From NCBI GenBank assembly GCA_030390025.1, contig CM059432.1, positions 101,310,001-101,374,000 on the forward strand: a stretch of 64,000 nt of DNA. Direction: 5' to 3'. Below the pieces are notes generated by a model, which saw nothing but the letters and a program-made list of their open reading frames with translations, ran no database searches and was not told the origin of the DNA. The DNA comes from Squalus acanthias. Lineage: Eukaryota. This document shows positions 11,515-23,750 of the stretch, in pieces. Position numbers and translations under genes: made by a program. Positions within the stretch are counted from its first letter, which is position 1. Each line of letters begins with the position of its first letter.

Positions 11515-12408
11515 GGGGTAGAAATTAGGTCGCGCCCCATTTGGGGCGCAAATATCGTCCGGACGCAAATATTAGCGCCTGGCGCTAATTATCGGCACTG
11601 ACAGGAAACTTCACTTTTACCGCCCCGGGAGGTGAGTGGAGCGCTAAAGCAGGCGCTGCACACCTCTCTTAAGGCGCAAAGGCCGAGCAGTGAGGCGCTA
11701 ACTCGGAGCGCTGGCGAAGCTCATGTAATGTCAGTCAGCAATGGAACACACACACAATGGCACGGGCCAGTTCTTAAAGGGGATGGTTAATCTTGCTTTC
11801 CATCCACATCCTGTTCATTGCTGCCTTGAATCTCGGCCTGGAGAGACTTGCACATCAAATGTGCTGGAAAGAACATTGGAAAGTACCAGGCAAAGAGCTC
11901 AGAGTGCAGCTCCCACAGTCTCTGCTAAATCGATACAAGGAATGGCAAATCAAAATGAACCTGCAAAGTGCTGCTCAGTACCCAAAACTCCTTCACACAA
12001 CGTTGAATCTCTCCAGAAGTCTCTCCCTCTCTCTCTCAGAATGCGTAGTTCAAAAATGCCACCAACAATAAAAGACAGGAAGAGGCCCCCTTTAAATAGC
12101 GCCCCCCCCCAGCCCCACAGCGATTGATAGCGTTCCAGTCTTCTGGTCGTTGGAAGCGCCAGGCGGTAAGGCAGAGGGCGCCACTCAATTTCCGCTACGG
12201 GGCGCCACAAGGGCGTTGCACCATGGAATGACGTCACAATCTGCGCGCGCAGGTGGTCGCAGCGGTAAGTTTTAGCGCCGCCGCACAATCTCAAGTTAAG
12301 TTCTCGAGCGGCGCAAACATCGCTGCGCCCGGGCGTTAGCGGCTTTGCGCCCCATTAGCGCCCTCTTAAGGCGCTAACGGGAGGCGCAACCAAGTGAATT
12401 TTTACCCC
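11515..12408. mobile_element. Harbinger non-autonomous element (894 bp)
   Basis: TIR GGGGTAGAAATT / AATTTTTACCCC, TSD TTT, many AGCGCC/GGCGCT subterminal motifs; CR1 is continuous across it. Confidence 0.88.
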
Positions 12409-12644
12409 TTTGTGTCCTCCTCACAGCTTACTTTCCCACCTAGCTTTGTATCATCAGCAAACTTGGATACATTACACTCGGTCCCTTTATCTAGGTCATT
12501 AATATAAATTGTAAACAGCTAAGGCCCAAGCACTGATCCTTGCGGAACCCCACTAGTTACAGCCTACTAACTTGCAAATGACCCGTTTATCCCTGCTCTG
12601 TGATTTATGTCTGTTAACCAATCCTCTATCCATGCTAATATATT

Positions 12645-13388
12645 GGGCCGAAAATTGATCCCGGGACGCGAGAGTACGCACTGCATACTCTCGCGTATTC
12701 CCACTCCAATTGCCGGTTTTCTGCATGCCCTGCGCATGCGCTGAAAACCGGCAATTGCTCTTCCGAAAAGGGGGCGGGGCCTGAGTGCATCGCGTGCGCG
12801 CTACAGGCTGCGCGCACGCTGTGCACTTCATGCTTTGGACGCGCAGGTAAGTAGGGAAGATTTTGGAAATGTAAAAAGGAGGAGTAAGACCCGCTTTTAA
12901 GAAGGTAAGTAGTGAATTAAGTATTTTTTTGAATTTTTTTTTACAGGTATATCTTTTTTAGAGACTTTAAAGACAGGTAAGTTTATTTTTATAACTTTTT
13001 AAAAGATTTTAAATTTTTTCAAAAATTTAATTTTTTATTTAAAATGGTTAATTTAATTAACTATACTTATTTTATTAATGTGATGGTTTTTTTTTAAAAT
13101 TTAATTGAGGTTTAGCTGTTATTTTGGGGGGGTGTAAGATTCATAAGTCTCTCAGCCATGCTGTGAGACTTATGAATGGAAGATGGTGTGCTGCCATTGG
13201 CTCTAACTGAGTCACGTGATCCCACAGCTCGCACGAATTAACTACGCCGCTGGGATACGCAAGCCCAGCACAGCTGATGTCTGGAACATCAATTTCGTGC
13301 GAGCTGGATCAGAAAAAGCATAAGCGAGGTGAGACATCGCGGGAAAGGCTTACCCCCGCGGGAACAGAGCGAGATCAATTTCTGGGCC
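12645..13388 (+). mobile_element. Harbinger-type MITE, hairpin family copy 1 (744 bp)
   Basis: TIR GGGCCGAAAATTGATC / GATCAATTTCTGGGCC, TSD ATT; GC-rich ends and AT-rich core. Confidence 0.9.
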
Positions 13389-13592
13389 ATTACTTTCAAC
13401 CCCATGAGACCTTATCTTGTGTAACAACCTTTTATGTGACACCTTATCAAATGCCTTTTGGAAATCCAAATATAATATATCCACTGGATCCCCTTTATCT
13501 ACCCTACTAGTTACATCCTCAAAAAAAACTAATAAATTTGTTAAACACGATTTCCCTTTCATAAAACCATGTTGACCCTGCCTAATCACATT

Positions 13593-14322
13593 GGGCCGAA
13601 AATTCATCCCGCGACGCGAGAGTACTCTCGCGTATTCCCACTCCAATTGCCGGTTTTCTGCATGCCCTGCGCATGCGCTGAAAACCGGCAATTGCTCTTT
13701 TGAAAAGGGGGCGGTTCCTCGGTGCATCGCGTGCGCGCTACAGGCTGCGCGCACGCTGTGCACTTCATGCTTTGGACGCGCAGGTAAGTACGGAAGATTT
13801 TAGAAATGGAAAAAGGAGGAGTAAGACCCACTTTTAACAAGGTAAGTAGTGAATTAAGTATTTTTTTGAATTTTTTTTAACAGGTATATCTTTTTTAGAG
13901 ACTTTAAAGACAGGTAAGTTTATTTTTATAACTTTTTAAAAGATTTTAAATTTTTTCAAAAATTTAATTTTTTATTTAAAATGGTTAATTTATTTAACTA
14001 TACTTATTTTATTAATGTGATGTTTTTTTTAAATTTAATTGAGGTTTAGCTGTTATTTTGGGGGTGTGTAAGATTCATAGATTTCACAGCACGTATGTGA
14101 AACTTATGAATGGAAGATGGTGTGCTGCCATTGGCTCTAACTGAGTCACGTGATCCCACAGCTCGCACGAATTCACTACGCCGCTGGGATACGCAAGCAC
14201 TGCCCAGCTGATGTCTGGAACATCAAGTTCGTGCGAGCTGGATCTGAAAAAGCACAAGCGAGGTGAGAGATCGCGGGGAAGCCTTACCCCCGCGGGAACA
14301 GAGCGAGATCAATTTCTGGGCC
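13593..14322 (+). mobile_element. Harbinger-type MITE, hairpin family copy 2 (730 bp)
   Basis: Near-identical to 12645-13388, with its own ATT TSD. Confidence 0.9.
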
Positions 14323-16327
14323 ATTATGATTTTCTAAATGCCTTTTTTCTCTACTAATCTTAATTACTTTAAGTTCATCACTCATTAGCCCCTTTGTTCC
14401 CCGTTATTTTTGGTATGCTTTTTGTGTCTGCTACTGTGAAAAGAGATACAAAATATTTGTTTAAAGTCTCTGCCATTTCCTTATTCCTGATTATAATTTC
14501 TCCTGTCTCAGCCTCGAAGGGACCAACGCTTACTTTTGCTACTCTTCCTCTTTACATACTTGTAGAAGTTCTTACAATCTGTTTTTATATTTCTTGCTAG
14601 TTTACTCTCATTCCATTTTTTCCCTTTTTATCAATTTTTTGGTCAACTATTGCTGGTTTTTAAAACTCTCCCAATCCTCAGGCTTACCACTATTCTTCGC
14701 AACATTATACGCCTCTCCTTTTAATCGAATACTATCCTTAACTTCTTTAGTTAGCCACAGATGGATCACTTTTCCCCATGGTGCTTTTATTTCTCAATGG
14801 ACTGTATATTTGTTGAGAATTTTAGAATATTTCTTTAAATGTTTGCCACTGCTTATCTACCGTCATACATTTTAATCTAATTTCCCAATCTACCTTAGCC
14901 AACTCGCCCCTCATACCTACGTAATTGGCTTTATTTAAGTTTAAGACTCTAGTTTCAGATTTAAGTATTTCATTCTCAAGTTGCCTTCTCTCATCTCACT
15001 ACCCCCTTGTCCCACATTCTCTTCTGATTTACAATCTGCACATGGTGTAAGCATGCACCTCTTGCTTACCCCCTTCCCCTCACCACAACCCTAACCTTGT
15101 GCTTTTCTCATTTCAGATTCCCAAGAAATACAATCTGCCCAGTCAGTGGAGAGGGAGAGGACAGTGATGAAGAAGAAAAAACAATGTTACTCGATCTCAC
15201 ACTCACAGCCACCAGCTCAGATACTGGGACTGCGCAAAGTTTAGAGGGTAGCTTAAGAGGCAGGATCTGCATGTGGTGAGTCACCGGGCAGGGGTGTGCT
15301 ACAGCCAGGACAGGGGGAAAAAGTAGTTCAGGTGCCAGCTCCCCTGAATACGAGGTTGCACACGAGTTCTTCTGCAGAGGACTCCGATGGGGCGGCCTAC
15401 AGAAGAACGCTGATGGGTATGCACAACAAAACGCTTGGTGCAATGGCAGGCCTGCCAGAAAGCCTGAGTGCATTGTCAAGGAGCATGGAGGATTCCGGCA
15501 CCAACCTTGCACAGGGCTTTGTGCAGAGCTTGGAGTCCATGATTTCCAGCATGGAAAGGGTGGGCAGATCCATTAGCGCACTTGTGGACCCAACCATCAT
15601 GCAACGTCTGATGGCGGATGTCTCAGCTTCCACTGCAGCACAAGCACAAGCCACCCAATGTCTGAGTACTGCAGTGGAAGCTCAGACTGAAGTCATACAA
15701 GCTCAGATTGCTGCCATACAAACTCAGACTGTTGCCATTGTGGCTGGGTTTACCAGTGTGGAAAGGGGCTTGCAGGGTGTCACAGCAGTCCAGCAATCTG
15801 TCCTCCAACAGATGGCTAGGATTGCTGAGGCACTGCCCCAGGGGAGTGGCAGTGGCTCTGTGGAGGAAGAACCTGCCGTCCCCTCTCAGGATGACAGCAT
15901 TCGTCCTCCTACCACTGCCACTCCGCCAGTCCCCTTGCTGTTGCTTGTCAGCCAGTCAGCCCAGACTGCTGCCGCCCATGCTGAGGTGGAGCAGTCCACT
16001 GCCGGGCCTTCTAGGCCCAGAGCTGCTCGAGGTCATCCTGCAAGGCCACCTGCAGTCTCCCCCACTGAAAGTCAGCAGCTTCCACCAGCCACGCTGCAGC
16101 CACCAGGTAGCACTTTATAGCAGGACAGGCAAAGGCACACTGAAGACAGGCAATAAGGGAATGCACAAGTGTGATTAGTTGACTTTGTTTGATTATATTG
16201 GATGGATTGAAAGATAAAGTTGGATTGGAATGTTTCTTTCGTGGTGGCTTTTATTTCAGCATAGTGACCAAGAGGACGCTGTGATGGTCAGTAACAGAGG
16301 GAAGGTAATGGGGAATTGAGCTTGCAT

Positions 16328-17457
16328 TCACTCATACCGTAGTCAGATGAGGCGATCACGGATAGCCCGGGCAGAAAGGGGCTGCCTCCTTGTTTCCGCT
16401 TCTTCCTCCTTCTCCTCTTCCTCCTCCTCCTCAGCTGGTTGCCGTATGCCTGGTGGCAAGGGTTGGGTCCTCATGATGGCGAGGTTGTGGAGCATGTAGC
16501 AGACCACGACGAATCTTGAGATGCGTTCTGGTGAGTACTGCAGGGCTCTTCCAGTGTGGTCCAAGCAGCGGAAGCATTGTTTAAGGACGTCAACGGTCTG
16601 CTCTATCAGATTCCTTGTAGCAGCATGGCTCTCAGTGTATGCATGCTGCCCACGTGTGGTTGAGTTGCGGAGTAGAGTCATGAGCCAGGTTTTCAATGGA
16701 TAGCTCTTGTCATCCAGTAGTCAGCCTCTGGTTTGTCTTGGTGGCTCAAAAACTGAGGGAACAGCGGACTGGCGCAGAATAAAACCATCCTGACTGCTGC
16801 CAGCTTACCAGGCATTCGTCATCATGATGTGCTGAGCATTGTCACACACCAGCTGAACATTGAGGGAGTAGAATCCCTTTCGGTTGCGGTACATCTCAGT
16901 ATTTAGATACGGTGCCCGCAAAGCCACGTGCGTGCAGTCAATAGCACCCTGCACCATGGGGAAGCCCGCTATCCTGGCAAAGCCACGTGCACACTCTGCC
17001 TGCTTCTCTCTGGTCAGAGAGAAGACAATGAAGTCTCCTCTCCTGGCATAAAGAGCTTCTGTCACCTCATTTACGCTGTCATCTCTGTGAGATGTTACAG
17101 CTGTCGCCTGCTCCACCCTGGAAAGAAATCGATGCGAAGAAATTCGGGGCCACGGTCACCTTCACAGCCATTGGCAGCGCTGTCCTTGCCCTGGAGTGAG
17201 GCTACAGGTCTGGTTGCAGCGGGTGGCAGAGTTCTGTGAGCACCTCCTTTGTAAAGCGCAGATGCCTCACACACTGCTCCTGGCTCAGGTTGAGGTAAGA
17301 GAATTGCTCTCAGAGGATTCTAGGTGGGTAAGGCCTCCTGCTGAGAGTCCTTCTCTCCCTCCTCCTCCTCCCTCTGCAAGCAACTTGGCCTCTTCTTTGC
17401 TGCCTCTTCTTCATCTCCCTGTCATGCTACAGGCCAAGGGGGATAACAACTAACCAT
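16328..17457 (-). pseudogene. Harbinger (HARBI1-like, DDE_Tnp_4) transposase pseudogene
   Basis: GAIDCTHV, NRKGFYSLNVQLVCD, GSSQDGFIL, DDKSYPLKTWLMT, TRNLIEQTVDVLKQCFRCL, CYMLHNLA; stops and frameshifts. Confidence 0.92.
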
Positions 17458-18607
17458 GGCTGGGAGCAAGTGGTTTGACCAGAACCCTTGATGCAAAGCC
17501 TTCTCCACTTACAGCACCACTCCCTGTCATCTGACCAGCTTTAAGCAACTCTAGAAAGTTGCAAACACTTCCACAAACTTAGACAGAGCCAGTAGAAATT
17601 AATCAGCAACTGACCTGAAAGTGGTTGATAATTTCTTTAAATATCGCGGTAGGGGGTCCTTGCAGCTGCTGAAAGCATGTTCAGCTGTGCGAGGTTAACA
17701 GAGGACATTACTTCCAGCATTGAGGATGAAAATGGCAGCGCTGGCGTCAAATCAGCATTGGACGCTGATTGACTTCATGATCTGCCTACTCTACATACAT
17801 CTGGCACACACTTCCTGTGCCAATGCTACTGCTGTCACCAAGGTGTCCGGTGCAGCCCGCACCAGAATTGTGCGCGCGCGCTCGGATGCCATTTTTGAAC
17901 CAAAACAGCACCCAATCGAATTTCTAGGCTCATCTGTTGCAGTGAGCTTGATTATCTGAGGTCCAGCACCTGAAGACTCCCGTTGCTGGAGTGAACAGAA
18001 CCACACGCAAGCAAGTGTCAGCACTTTGAGAAGAGGAGAGAAAACAAACGCTACCTTTACAGAATGAGGAGCAAAACATATTTCTATGACTGCCAAGAGG
18101 AGCCTCATTAATTCCATTCATGAAACCAGCTAGATTAATGCAGAGACAGTAAATTGGCTCCTCATTCTCTCTTCCCCTCCCCCTCCAAATCACTTTTATG
18201 TCTTTCTTGATCTCCCTTTATACAAGATTTGTTTGCGGGGTAGGATGATTCTGAATGTTTTGACTTTACTAGATAGCTATTTGTCCTACAAAATTGTAAC
18301 TAAATTCTAAATGTGCCATTTCACCAATTGCTACAGCTAATTGTCTCTGTATAGGTGACATCATTGCTATGTCCCACAGCTCCAAAAAATCTATCAAATA
18401 TTATCTAATTACAACTAAAATAAAATCACTTTGAAGAATATTGACCTTTAAGGTACTCATTAGATTCCGTAGCATTTTTCTAATATACCAGTAATCGGCT
18501 TAGACTTTTGCTAAAGGATATAATAAAACCAATCTTAATTTTAACTCACTGCAGTTTGTTCAATCACTGTACTCTGAGTTATGAGAATAGTCCAAATGTG
18601 ATTTTAT

Positions 18608-19197
18608 GGCCCGGAATTTGTGGTCGGAATGACACCGAACTGGCAGCGTTCGTTGTCATTCCGCCTTTGAAACTGACCGTGACTTTAGAATTTGGTGCCT
18701 ATGCAAGCACATGCGGAAATTCTCAAGTTGTGGTCTGTCAATGACAGCTCCAACACAGGCTGTGCTGTTTTTCTGCAAAATTTGTTTTGAATTTTTCTTA
18801 CTGAGACTTTCACTATATTTAACCGAAGTGCTGGTTGTCTCGATGCACCCAAAAATGTTTAATCCCCCACCTCCACCATACATTCAGAAGGACGAAGAAG
18901 CTGGCATTGCGTTCCAATGGGCAAACTCCTGTTCTATATAATAATGAAAGAGGAAGAGGAATAGCAGAGGCAAGGGACTCTGAGAGCGAGACACCGTGGA
19001 AGAAGGCAGCCCCTCTCTATTACTCCAATTGGTGGCACTGCATTGTGCTTGTTTTATGCCAGTTTTTACTTTTTGCCATGGATAAATGAGCTCCGCAGGA
19101 AATATGGGCATAAATTGTTGTTGGCAGGATCGGCGCAAAAACTGGCATAAATTTCAGCATAAATTCTGTGCAGGTAAGATCCAGGAAATTCAGGGCC
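18608..19197. mobile_element. Harbinger-type MITE (related to 42276-43020)
   Basis: TIR GGCCCGGAATTT / AAATTCAGGGCC; left ~150 bp aligns with 42276-42430; TSD not preserved. Confidence 0.75.
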
Positions 19198-19782
19198 AAA
19201 AGAATTGAATGATTAGTACAACAGCTCTTGAGCAATATCATGACAGAAAATCCTTGGCTTTCTGGTATTATGAAGTGGACTACTGCTTCTCATCTCTGTC
19301 AATGACCTGATACATGTCCTTAAATGTGAACTTGGTCATTTTAGAGATGATACCAGCCTCTATCAAGCAGTTACTACCCATCTGAAAGGCAACCACAATC
19401 ACTGCAGGAAGATATGGACAAATATAAACAGTGGGAATGGTGCATTATATCCAAAACTGCGAGGGCCAAATCAAATCTTGGTCAAGAAAGATGATCTTGA
19501 TTTAACTACCCAACTCTACTTTATTTGGATTATGAAATCTCTTCAGTTGCACACATTCAATTTTTGGGTTCATGAATTGCATCTGACCCTTAGTGGGGCA
19601 AATAAATTGCTGCTGGAAGACTATAAATCCTGATGAAAGTTTAGCCTTGTCACAGCTAACATCTTTAATGTTCAACAAAGCCTATAAAACCAGTGATGGA
19701 ATATTATGACCCTGTTTAGTAGTCTGAAGAGAGACAGAACAAAACTCTCGCTGCTCTTAAATAGGTACAGTTCAAAAGCCAT

Positions 19783-22700
19783 AAACAAAATTAGGGCTCA
19801 TAGGATTGGGGGTAATATACTAGCATGGATTGAGGATTGGTTAACAGACAGAAAACGGAGAGTGGGAATTAACGAGTCATTTTCGGGTTGGCAGGCTATA
19901 ACTGGTGGGGTACCGCAAGGATCAGTGCTTGGGCCTCAGCTATTCACAATCTACATCAATGATTTGGATGAGGGGACCAAATGTAATATATCCAGGTTTG
20001 CTGATGATACAAAGCTGGGTGGGAAGGTAAGTTGTGAGGAGGATGCAAAAAGGCTTCAAGGGGATATAGACAGGCTAAGTGAGTGGGCAAGAACATGGCA
20101 AATGAAATATAATGTGGAGAAATGTGAAGTTATCCACTTTAGTAGGAAAAATATAAAAGCAGAGTATTTTTTAAATGGTGAGAGATTGGGAAATGTTGGT
20201 GTTCAGAGGGACCTGGGTGTCCTTGCACACGAATCACTGAAAGTTAACATGCAGGTACAGCAAGCAATTGGGAAAGCAAATGGTATGTTGGCCTTTATTA
20301 CAAGAAGATTTGAGTATAAGAGTAAAGACGTCTTACTGCAATTATATAGGGCCCTGGTGAGACCACACCTGGAGTACTGTGTACACTTTTGGTCTCCTTA
20401 CCCAAGGAAGGATATACCTGCCATAGAGGGAGTACAACGAAGGTTCATTGGATTACACTACGTTTCTGCCCTGGATTACACTGTAAGACTTAACTGCTGT
20501 GTCTCTATCTCTGCAAAGGTAAAAAGATTTTTACCTTTAAACTTCCAGCTGTGTGTCTGCTGAACTGGTTCTACTGGTTTTTCAGCACTGCTGGCTTGTA
20601 GGTAGCAGCTCCACTTGCTGTCCGGTGACTCGTTCTACCGGTTTTTAGCATTGCTGGTCACTGGTTTATGGTTTTAATTTTTCTCTGCCGCTTAGATCTA
20701 CGGTGACCTCCAACTTACGTCAATTTCACCATCATCTTTCTGCATCGCCACCGACTCTCATTCCTACAGCAACAACCTCCATCCTCAAACTCTCACCCTT
20801 CAAATAGCTTCTGGACTTCACTCACCTGCTTTGGACAGCGGTTCGTCGATGCTCCGAACCGGCCCCATCCTGCTCACATCGGCTTGTCCTTCCATGGGAC
20901 CTCTGACTTTGACCCTGGTCTCCCGACTATTGCCCCCAACCTATTCCCTGCTATTAATCCCATTAATTATTAGATTTATTCAGGCCTATGTAACCTGAGC
21001 TTTTCCCGTGTCCATTCGCGTGCGCACTTTGGCTGCCGCTCCAGACCTGAGCCATTCCACTTTTTTCCCCCTATTTTCCTTTTCTCTCTATCCCTCCCTG
21101 TCATGCCTCCTTTCATCTCTCCTCTCTCAGATACACTGCCCTCCCAAATCCCTACCCCAATCCTTCATTACTCTTCGACCTTCCTACTCTCCTGCCGCCA
21201 TCCCAGGCTTGACTCCCTCTTAGATAAGCCTACAGCTTCCCTCTGTGCCTCTCTTGGCATCCTACGAAGGGCCCATCGAGGTACTCTTCGCTGCCGCCTT
21301 ACGAGCAGCAACCTCAACTGTCCCATCCTACTCTCTCGTCGACGTTCCCGCCCAACGCGCCCACTGGGGCAAATCTGGCCAATCTCCTCCCCATCCAACT
21401 AATCCCCCCTAGCGCTGATCCTGTGGATGCTGGCAGTGGGGCAGCCATCACCGACCCTCTCTGCATCTCCCTCCAGAATGTCCGTTCACTTGCGAACAAG
21501 GCCCTTGCCATCCATGAGTTTATCGTGGATGACTGCATTGATATCATGGCCCTGACGGAAACTTAGTTGAGGGGTGATGACACCTTACCCTTAAATGAAG
21601 CCTCCCCACCTGGCTATACCTTCCACCACTTGCCCCGCTCAGACCGCCGTGGTGGCAGTGTGGCTCTCATCACCAAATCACACCTTGGTCTGTCCCCCTA
21701 TTCCTCCAGCAGTTTCTCCTCCTTTGAGCATCTCACCTTATTCCACCCCTCTCACTACTCATTTAAAATTCTTGTTCTCTACCACCCACCCAAGTACCAT
21801 AAAAACTTTATTACTGAGATATCTTCACTGTTCTCCTCCCTCAGCCTCTGCACCGAATGACTTCTCATCCTTGGTGATTTCAACCTCCATCTCAATTCAT
21901 CATGCTCTCTCTCCTCTGAGTTCACTAGCCTCCTATCCTCCGTTAATCTCTCCCTCCATGTAAACTCCCCAACCCATATTCACGGCCACCCCCTAGAACT
22001 TGCCATCTCTCGTGGCCTCGCTACTCCCATCATGTCAACTGCAGATAAAGCCATCACTGACCATTTCCTCGTATCGCTCTCCACCCACATCCCCCTTCCA
22101 CCCACCCCCCAACCCTACTTCCTTCTGTGTCCGCCCCTGGAAAAAACAGAGAATCACCTGCAACGACTTCTCTTCCCGCTCCCACATTGTTACCTCTGGT
22201 GTCCCCCAAGGATTTATCCTTGGCCACCTCATATTTCTCATCTACATGTTGCCCCTTGGCGACATCATCCAAAAACACAGTGTCAATTTCCACATGTACG
22301 CTGACAACACCCAGCTCTACCTCACTACTTCTTCTCTCGACCCTTCCACGGTGTCTGAATTGTCAGACTGCTTGTCCAACATACAGTTCTGGATGAGCAA
22401 AAATTTTCTCCAATTAAATATTGGGAAGACCGAAGCCATTGTTTTCGGTCCCCGCCACAAACTCAGTTCCCTAGCCATTGACTCCATCCCTCTCCCTAAC
22501 ATCTGTTTGAGGCTGATCCACACTGTTCGCAACCTTGGTGTCATATTTGACCCTGAAATAAGCTACCGACCACATATCCGCAGCATAACAAAGACTGCCT
22601 ACTTCCACCTCCATAACATCGCCCATCTCCGCCCTTGTCTCAGCTCATCCGCTGCTGAAACCCTCATCCATGCCTTTGATTTGACTATTCCAACGGACTC

Positions 22701-23724
22701 CTGGCTGGCCTCCCACCTTCCACCCTACATAAACTTGAGGTCATCCAAAACTCGGCTGCCCGTGTCCTAACTCACACCAAGTCCCGTTCGCCCATCACCC
22801 CTGTGCTCACTGACCTATATTGGCTCCCGGTTAAGTAGCGCCTCGATTTCAAAATTCTCATCCTTGTTTGCAAATCCCTCTATGGCCTCGCCCCTTCCTA
22901 TCTCTGTAAACTCCTTCAGCCCCACAATCCCCCGAGATATCTGTGCGCCTCTAATTCTGTCCTCTTTAGCATTCCTGATTATAATCGCTCAACCTTCTGT
23001 TGCCTTGGCCCTAAGCTCTGGAATTCCCTGCCTAAACCTTTCTGCCTCGCTACCTCTCTTTCCTCCTTTAAGACGCTCCTTAAAACCTACCTCTTTGACC
23101 AAATTTTAGTAATTTGCCCTAATTTATCCTTATGTGGATCGGTGTCAATTTTTCTTTTGTCTTAAAATACTCCTGTGAAGCGCCTTGGGGTGTTTTACTA
23201 CGTTAAAGGTGCTATATAAATACAAGTTGTTATTGTTGTTGTTGTTCAATAGAATGATTCCTGGGATAGGGGGATTGTCCTATGAGGAGAGATTGAGTAG
23301 ACTAGGCCTATATTCTCCAGAGTTTAGAAGAATGAGAGGTGATCTCATTGAAACATACAGAATTCTTACAGGGCTTGACAGGGTAGATGCAGGGAGGCTG
23401 TTTCTCCTGGCTGGGGAGTCTAGAACCAGGGGTCACAGTCTCAGAATAAGGGGTCGGCAATTTAGGACTGAGATGAGGAGAAATTTCTTCACTCAGAGGG
23501 TGGTGAATCTTTGGAATTCTCTACCCCATAGGGCTGTGGTGGCTGAGTCGTTGAGTATATTCAAGGCAGAGATCGATAGATTTTTGGATATTAAGGGAAT
23601 CAAGGGATATGGGGATAGTGCAGGAAAGTGGAGTTGAGGTCGAAGATCAGCCATGATCTTAGTGAATGGCGGAGCAGGCTCGAGGGGCCAAATGGCCTAT
23701 TCCTGCTCCTATTTCTTTCTTATG
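19783..23724 (+). mobile_element. CR1 LINE 3' part, split by an L2 insertion (19783-20447 and 23244-23724)
   Basis: GVPQGSVLGP, FADDTK, RPHLEYC, VQRRF, then resumes RMIPG..RRMRGDLIETY and ends in the CR1 tail. Confidence 0.93.
20448..23243 (+). mobile_element. L2-clade LINE with long 5' region and internal deletion
   Basis: APE LQNVRSLANK..MALTET*L..GDFN; junction at ~22146 directly into SGVPQGFILG, YADNTQLY, KTEAIVFG. Tail AAGCGCCTTGGG..GCTATATAAATACAAG(TTG)n; possible TSD GTTCA. Confidence 0.88.
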
Positions 23725-23750
23725 ACCAGTGGATGTGGGTGGCCTACTCT

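Larger units (their letters stand above)
10639..14979 (-). mobile_element. CR1 LINE, 5'-truncated, in intron 2 of the Harbinger Myb gene; itself interrupted by three DNA elements
   Basis: Tail ATAAGAACAT..AGGAGCAGGAGT. Minus-strand RT peptides QHGFMKGKSCLTNLL, YLDFQKAFDKV, RRMRGDLIETYKI, RRNFFTQRVVNLWNSLP. Confidence 0.93.
5533..16178 (+). pseudogene. Harbinger Myb/SANT-like gene, 3 exons: 5533-5714+10123-10180, 10466-10624, 15117-16178
   Basis: Removing the LTR element and one TSD restores exon 1 in frame: MAQQGRENAPKLSNAALEGLVWEV...QWEPMANMANASSVAPKTWTQCRKKFNDLTGVIK|GTCAGT. Acceptors TTGCAG|10466 and TTTCAG|15117. Exon 3 has a coiled-coil-like ORF (15296-16120). Frameshifts present. Confidence 0.85.
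5202..17930. mobile_element. Formerly autonomous two-gene PIF/Harbinger DNA transposon (~4 kb net) carrying nested insertions
   Basis: TIRs GGCCTAGAAATTT (5202) / GAATTTCTAGGCT (17918-17930); flanks AAT/CAT (2 of 3 match). Convergent Myb (+) and DDE transposase (-) genes. Confidence 0.85.

Noticed and set aside
15296..16120. Independent 274-aa coiled-coil or chemotaxis-like protein
   Set aside because: It is exon 3 of the Harbinger Myb gene; the counterpart lies at 46078-47080.
16343..17116. Host HARBI1, or NAIF1/MSANTD genes for the Myb ORFs
   Set aside because: They lie between TIRs, are multi-copy in the window and carry stops/frameshifts, so they are transposon pseudogenes.
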